NCBI GenBank assembly: GCA_043228905.1
Contig: JBHGNT010000004.1
Location: 18,104,001-18,168,000 of the forward strand
Length of the DNA: 64,000 nt
From: Azolla caroliniana
Lineage: Eukaryota > Plantae > Polypodiophyta
Direction: 5' to 3'
Part shown: positions 60,680-64,000 of the stretch, in pieces
How the letters are laid out: the number at the start of each line of letters is the position of its first letter
Numbering within the stretch: position 1 is the stretch's first letter
The notes under the pieces: model-generated
The model's input: only the letters and a program-made list of their open reading frames with translations
Told to the model about the DNA's origin: nothing
Database searches by the model: none
Translations under genes and position numbers: made by a program

Positions 60680-63034
60680 TCAGTCTTCCTCCAAATTATC
60701 CAGCAAACTCCGCTCAGAGGTTTCAAGTGTTGTTTTGCCTGTGCCGTCTCCGACTTCCGATTGGATTGGCTGCCTTTTCGCATCTTGCTGCTCCGACTCT
60801 GCTTCTACCGGTAGTACCGGTGTTTCTTCTGTATCCTGTCCGGGTCTGTCCTGCTCTACCTCCGTTCCGTTCCCGGTATCGCTTTCTCCGGTTTCCACTG
60901 GTTGTGTCCTTTCCTCCCCGGATTCGGTACTTCTCTGTCTCCACTCTGCATCATCCCCGGCATCAACCTGCTCTTGCTCCGGAAGTTCTTCCTCGGGTAA
61001 TTCTTGTCGGGGTGAATTGTTGGTTGGGTCCTCTTCAGCCGGTCGCTCGCCCTCACTAATGGAGATCGGCGTTGTGTGTCCCTCGGCTTCCTGTCGCAGT
61101 CGGTCCTTCTCGTACCCTTCCAATTCTAGTTGGGTTTCGAGCTGCCCGTCATCCAACCTCTCTACTAACCCTCGGATTTCCTTGAGATGCTCTTCTGCTA
61201 AAGCATAGAAATCCTCCGACAATTCTTCCCGGATGTTGACGATACTTTCTTCGTCCATCTTATAGAACCCATCTCCGGTTTTCTTCCGATTTTCTGCATC
61301 AGCTCGGAGTGTCTGCAGTTCAGCTGCCTGTTGTGCCCATTCCTTCCAGAGTTTCTCCGTGCTTTCATTTATGCTGGCCTGAGCTCGGGTACTCCAGCTT
61401 GACATGATGAACTTAATTCGGTCAACCCCTGCTTTAGCCTGTTCCGAAGCTGCTTGTTTTTCCTTCCTTATCCGTTTGATGATGTCGGCCATTAACTGAG
61501 CTTGAGCTTCAGAGTCGGCTTTTTGCTTGTCACAGGTACTCCGCCATTTGTTGATTTCGAAAGTCGACTTCACTTTTTCCTCGTTCCGGCTCTTTGTCAG
61601 TTCCCCTACTTTCTGCCGAAGTACTTCCATCTCCTTTCTTTGTTCCGACGTCAAGGTCTTCTCCGCCGATACTTCCTCCCTTGCTTTGGACAATTCCAAG
61701 CGGTTTTCCTTGAGCTGCTCTTTCAGCTTCTCTATCTGTCGGTCGTACGTTGCTGCCTGATTCTTGATGTCCGACGTGGCCTGTTTATAATCCTTACATA
61801 GTCTGTCGAATTCCTCCGTCTTCTGTTTTAGGCGTCGGTTCGCCTGAGCTCGCAACTGATCATCCCGGTCCTTTTGTTGTCGGAGTTCCTCTCGCAACCG
61901 CTCAATTTCCTGCTCCATTCGTCGGCGCAGCCTATCTTTTTCCTTTTGCAGTGTCCCGTTTTCTTCTTGTAGTCGGTCATTGGTGGCTTTGCTTCGGCGA
62001 AGGCCTTCCTCCATTCGCCGTCTGTCGTCTTCTACCAACTTCCGTTGTTCTCTTTCGTTATCTCTCAATGCCTCCTGAGCCTGTAATTCTTCTTTCAAAG
62101 TTGCTATTAACTTCTCGGTCTCAGGGCCGGTTTGCAAGGCCTTCTCCGTTTCTGGTTCGGCTTGCTTTTCTGATGTCCCGACCGGCTCGGTGCCATCTTG
62201 TGCTTGTCGGCTGCCTTCTTTTGCCTGTGCTAGCTCTTCTTGCAGCTCATGTAATTGTGCCCGGAGCATGACCATATCCTTAGTCGTCGTCCTAGTCACT
62301 TCTTCTCTTTGCTCCTCCTCTTTCTCCATCTGGTCTGCTACTCCCGACAACTGCCCTGACAACCACCTTAGCCATTGTGCCTTTGTTCTGCCTTCGTTGG
62401 TGTCAGCAGGCGTGCCTAGCTCCGGCTGTTTTTCCGGCTGTTTCTCCGGCCTCTTCTCTTGTTCCGGCGCTTGTTCCTTTCTTTGTTCTTCGAACTCCGC
62501 CGCCGTCGGTTCCGGTACTGCCGTCTTTGGTGCAGACGAACCTTCATCCTGTGTCGCTTCTGTTCTGGTTACTGGAGGCGGTTCTTTTGCCCGTTGCTGA
62601 GTTCCGTCCGCTGTTGGGGTCGGTCTTGTCGCTCGTTTCTCCTTTCCTTGCCTGGGTGGTAGTATTAACATCGGTTCGGATGAGTCTTCCTCTGTTTCAG
62701 CGTCCTCCGTCGGTGCCACTATTGGTTCCTTTACTGGTACCGGTTCCGATTCGAGCGTTACTGGTTCGGTGTCGGTTTGCCTCTTGCTGGTCTTCTTTGC
62801 CACCTTCTCCTTGCCTTTTTCCGCCTTTTTCTTCTTCGTTGTCGGTTGCTGTTGCTGTTTCTGTGGCTGCCGTGATGAGCCTTCCTCCCGTTGCTGTCGG
62901 GAGGAGTCTTCTTCCCTCGGTTGTCGAGATGAGCCTTCTTTCCGCGGCTGTCGGGATGATCCCTCTTCTGGCGGCGCTTCTTCTTCCTGTGTCCATCCTG
63001 GAGTGTGTTTCTCTAGGATTCGTCGGCGTTTCAT
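60680..63034 (-). CDS. 784-aa extra ORF of unknown function: repeat-rich N-terminus, long predicted coiled coil, acidic C-terminus
   Basis: Uninterrupted ATG-to-stop ORF between integrase and 3' LTR; E/K/Q/R-rich; no hydrophobic transmembrane segment visible. Confidence 0.85.
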   Translation of the reverse strand: MKRRRILEKHTPGWTQEEEAPPEEGSSRQPRKEGSSRQPREEDSSRQQREEGSSRQPQKQQQQPTTKKKKAEKGKEKVAKKTSKRQTDTEPVTLESEPVPVKEPIVAPTEDAETEEDSSEPMLILPPRQGKEKRATRPTPTADGTQQRAKEPPPVTRTEATQDEGSSAPKTAVPEPTAAEFEEQRKEQAPEQEKRPEKQPEKQPELGTPADTNEGRTKAQWLRWLSGQLSGVADQMEKEEEQREEVTRTTTKDMVMLRAQLHELQEELAQAKEGSRQAQDGTEPVGTSEKQAEPETEKALQTGPETEKLIATLKEELQAQEALRDNEREQRKLVEDDRRRMEEGLRRSKATNDRLQEENGTLQKEKDRLRRRMEQEIERLREELRQQKDRDDQLRAQANRRLKQKTEEFDRLCKDYKQATSDIKNQAATYDRQIEKLKEQLKENRLELSKAREEVSAEKTLTSEQRKEMEVLRQKVGELTKSRNEEKVKSTFEINKWRSTCDKQKADSEAQAQLMADIIKRIRKEKQAASEQAKAGVDRIKFIMSSWSTRAQASINESTEKLWKEWAQQAAELQTLRADAENRKKTGDGFYKMDEESIVNIREELSEDFYALAEEHLKEIRGLVERLDDGQLETQLELEGYEKDRLRQEAEGHTTPISISEGERPAEEDPTNNSPRQELPEEELPEQEQVDAGDDAEWRQRSTESGEERTQPVETGESDTGNGTEVEQDRPGQDTEETPVLPVEAESEQQDAKRQPIQSEVGDGTGKTTLETSERSLLDNLEED

Positions 63035-63264
63035 GGTTTGCTTCGGGGTAGTCTCCTGCCGACTTCTTTGCTGCGTGTGTCGAATCTCCTACGTGTCTGT
63101 CATTATGACTCCTTAATTGACGCGCGTTTTAAATCCTGTACCTCGGCCCCCCACGTTCTGTGCTTTAAATAGCTCGTGCACCCGTGTGACGGTTGTAACT
63201 ACCTACTTCATCATTACCATGATTTTCTTGATCTTCTTGTCTTGAATTGACCGTAGCACCACGT

Positions 63265-63323
63265 CATCATTATTATTATTTTTATTTTTATTTTATTTTT
63301 TTTTATTTTTTTTTATTTTTTCT

Positions 63324-63363
<40 letters not shown>
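63265..63363. repeat. T-rich tract (poly-A on the element strand) between integrase and the extra ORF
   Basis: Seen directly. Confidence 0.9.
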
Positions 63364-63368
<5 letters not shown>

Positions 63369-63472
63369 ATGCCGCATCATTGTTCGGTTCCCCCCAATGT
63401 GTTCGGGTTGGTGCGCCCTGTTGTCGGTTCCTCGTTGTTACGCGTCGCTGTCGGCTCCTCGGTCCTCCGTAT

Positions 63473-64000
63473 CTATGTCGGTTCCTCGCCATTCAGGATG
63501 TCCGGTTCTTGCTTGAAGGGGTTAGCTGGCATGTGCCCCTTATACGGTTTTAGGCGAAAACCATTTGCCCATTTGCCCACAACTTCTCCTGACAACGTCC
63601 CGAGCTGGTAAGACCCATTGTACTCCTTTGTGATCCAGAATGGTCCGGTCCACCGAAATCGCAATTTCCCTGGCATGCTCCCCATCCTTGTCTGGAACAG
63701 TAATACAGGTTTCCCGACCTCGAATTGCTTTTCGTTACCGCGCCGGTGTCGGTCTACAAAGGCTTTCCTCCTCCTTTGCTCTAGTTCTAGCTGTAGCAGG
63801 CTGGCTATTCGATTTTCTTCCAGTTCTAACAGCATCTTCAGCCGGATTCGTTCGGATTCCTTCTCGCTTAACCGCTCCTTAACCTGTATTCTTAAGCTAG
63901 GAATTTGGAATTCTACTGGCATGACTGCTTCCAAGCCGAATGCCAGTCGGAACGGGGTCGTCCGGATGCTGGTCTTGTACGCCGTTCGGTACGCCCACAG
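63473..64000 (-). CDS. pol: Integrase C-terminus of Z (partial)
   Basis: LWAYRTAYKT, EAVMPVEF, GKLRFRWTGPF. Confidence 0.88.
   Translation of the reverse strand: MWAYRTAYKTSIRTTPFRLAFGLEAVMPVEFQIPSLRIQVKERLSEKESERIRLKMLLELEENRIASLLQLELEQRRRKAFVDRHRRGNEKQFEVGKPVLLFQTRMGSMPGKLRFRWTGPFWITKEYNGSYQLGTLSGEVVGKWANGFRLKPYKGHMPANPFKQEPDILNGEEPT

Larger units (their letters stand above)
60260..64000 (-). mobile_element. Element Z: 3' part of an A-related gypsy (integrase end, extra ORF, 3' LTR 60260-60629)
   Basis: LTR with TGTTG..CAACA termini, homologous to 4793-5181; integrase upstream on the same strand. Confidence 0.9.

Overview
No cellular gene is visible. The window is a TE-saturated, probably heterochromatic block from a plant (non-seed plant is a guess from element types), built almost entirely of nested LTR retrotransposons. 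Boundaries were read by eye from LTR termini, PBS, PPT and TSDs. (1) Four full-length iMet-primed Ty1/copia elements: D 11915-17220 and E 26200-31505 are intact with apparently identical LTR pairs; K 41846-47166 has one stop; F 36199-41492 (minus) has five stops. Older copia fragments also occur. (2) Many copies and fragments of a tRNA-Trp-primed Ty3/gypsy group with TGTCG..CGACA LTRs: B, C and M are pol-coding but decayed, G is gag-only, and I, J, L are LTR remnants. (3) A chromodomain-bearing gypsy H (33372-55482) carrying a hAT-type MITE. (4) Two related Athila/Tat-like gypsy elements, A and Z, running off the window ends. Best leads: a conserved -1 frameshift cassette (GGATTTT-stop plus bulged stem-loop with a compensatory change) between protease and RT in the Trp-primed group; tRNA-like A/B-box modules inside its LTRs; a 4-bp, often CG-centred target site; a gag-only derivative; an intact 784-aa coiled-coil extra ORF in Z; and strong CCGG enrichment in young elements.
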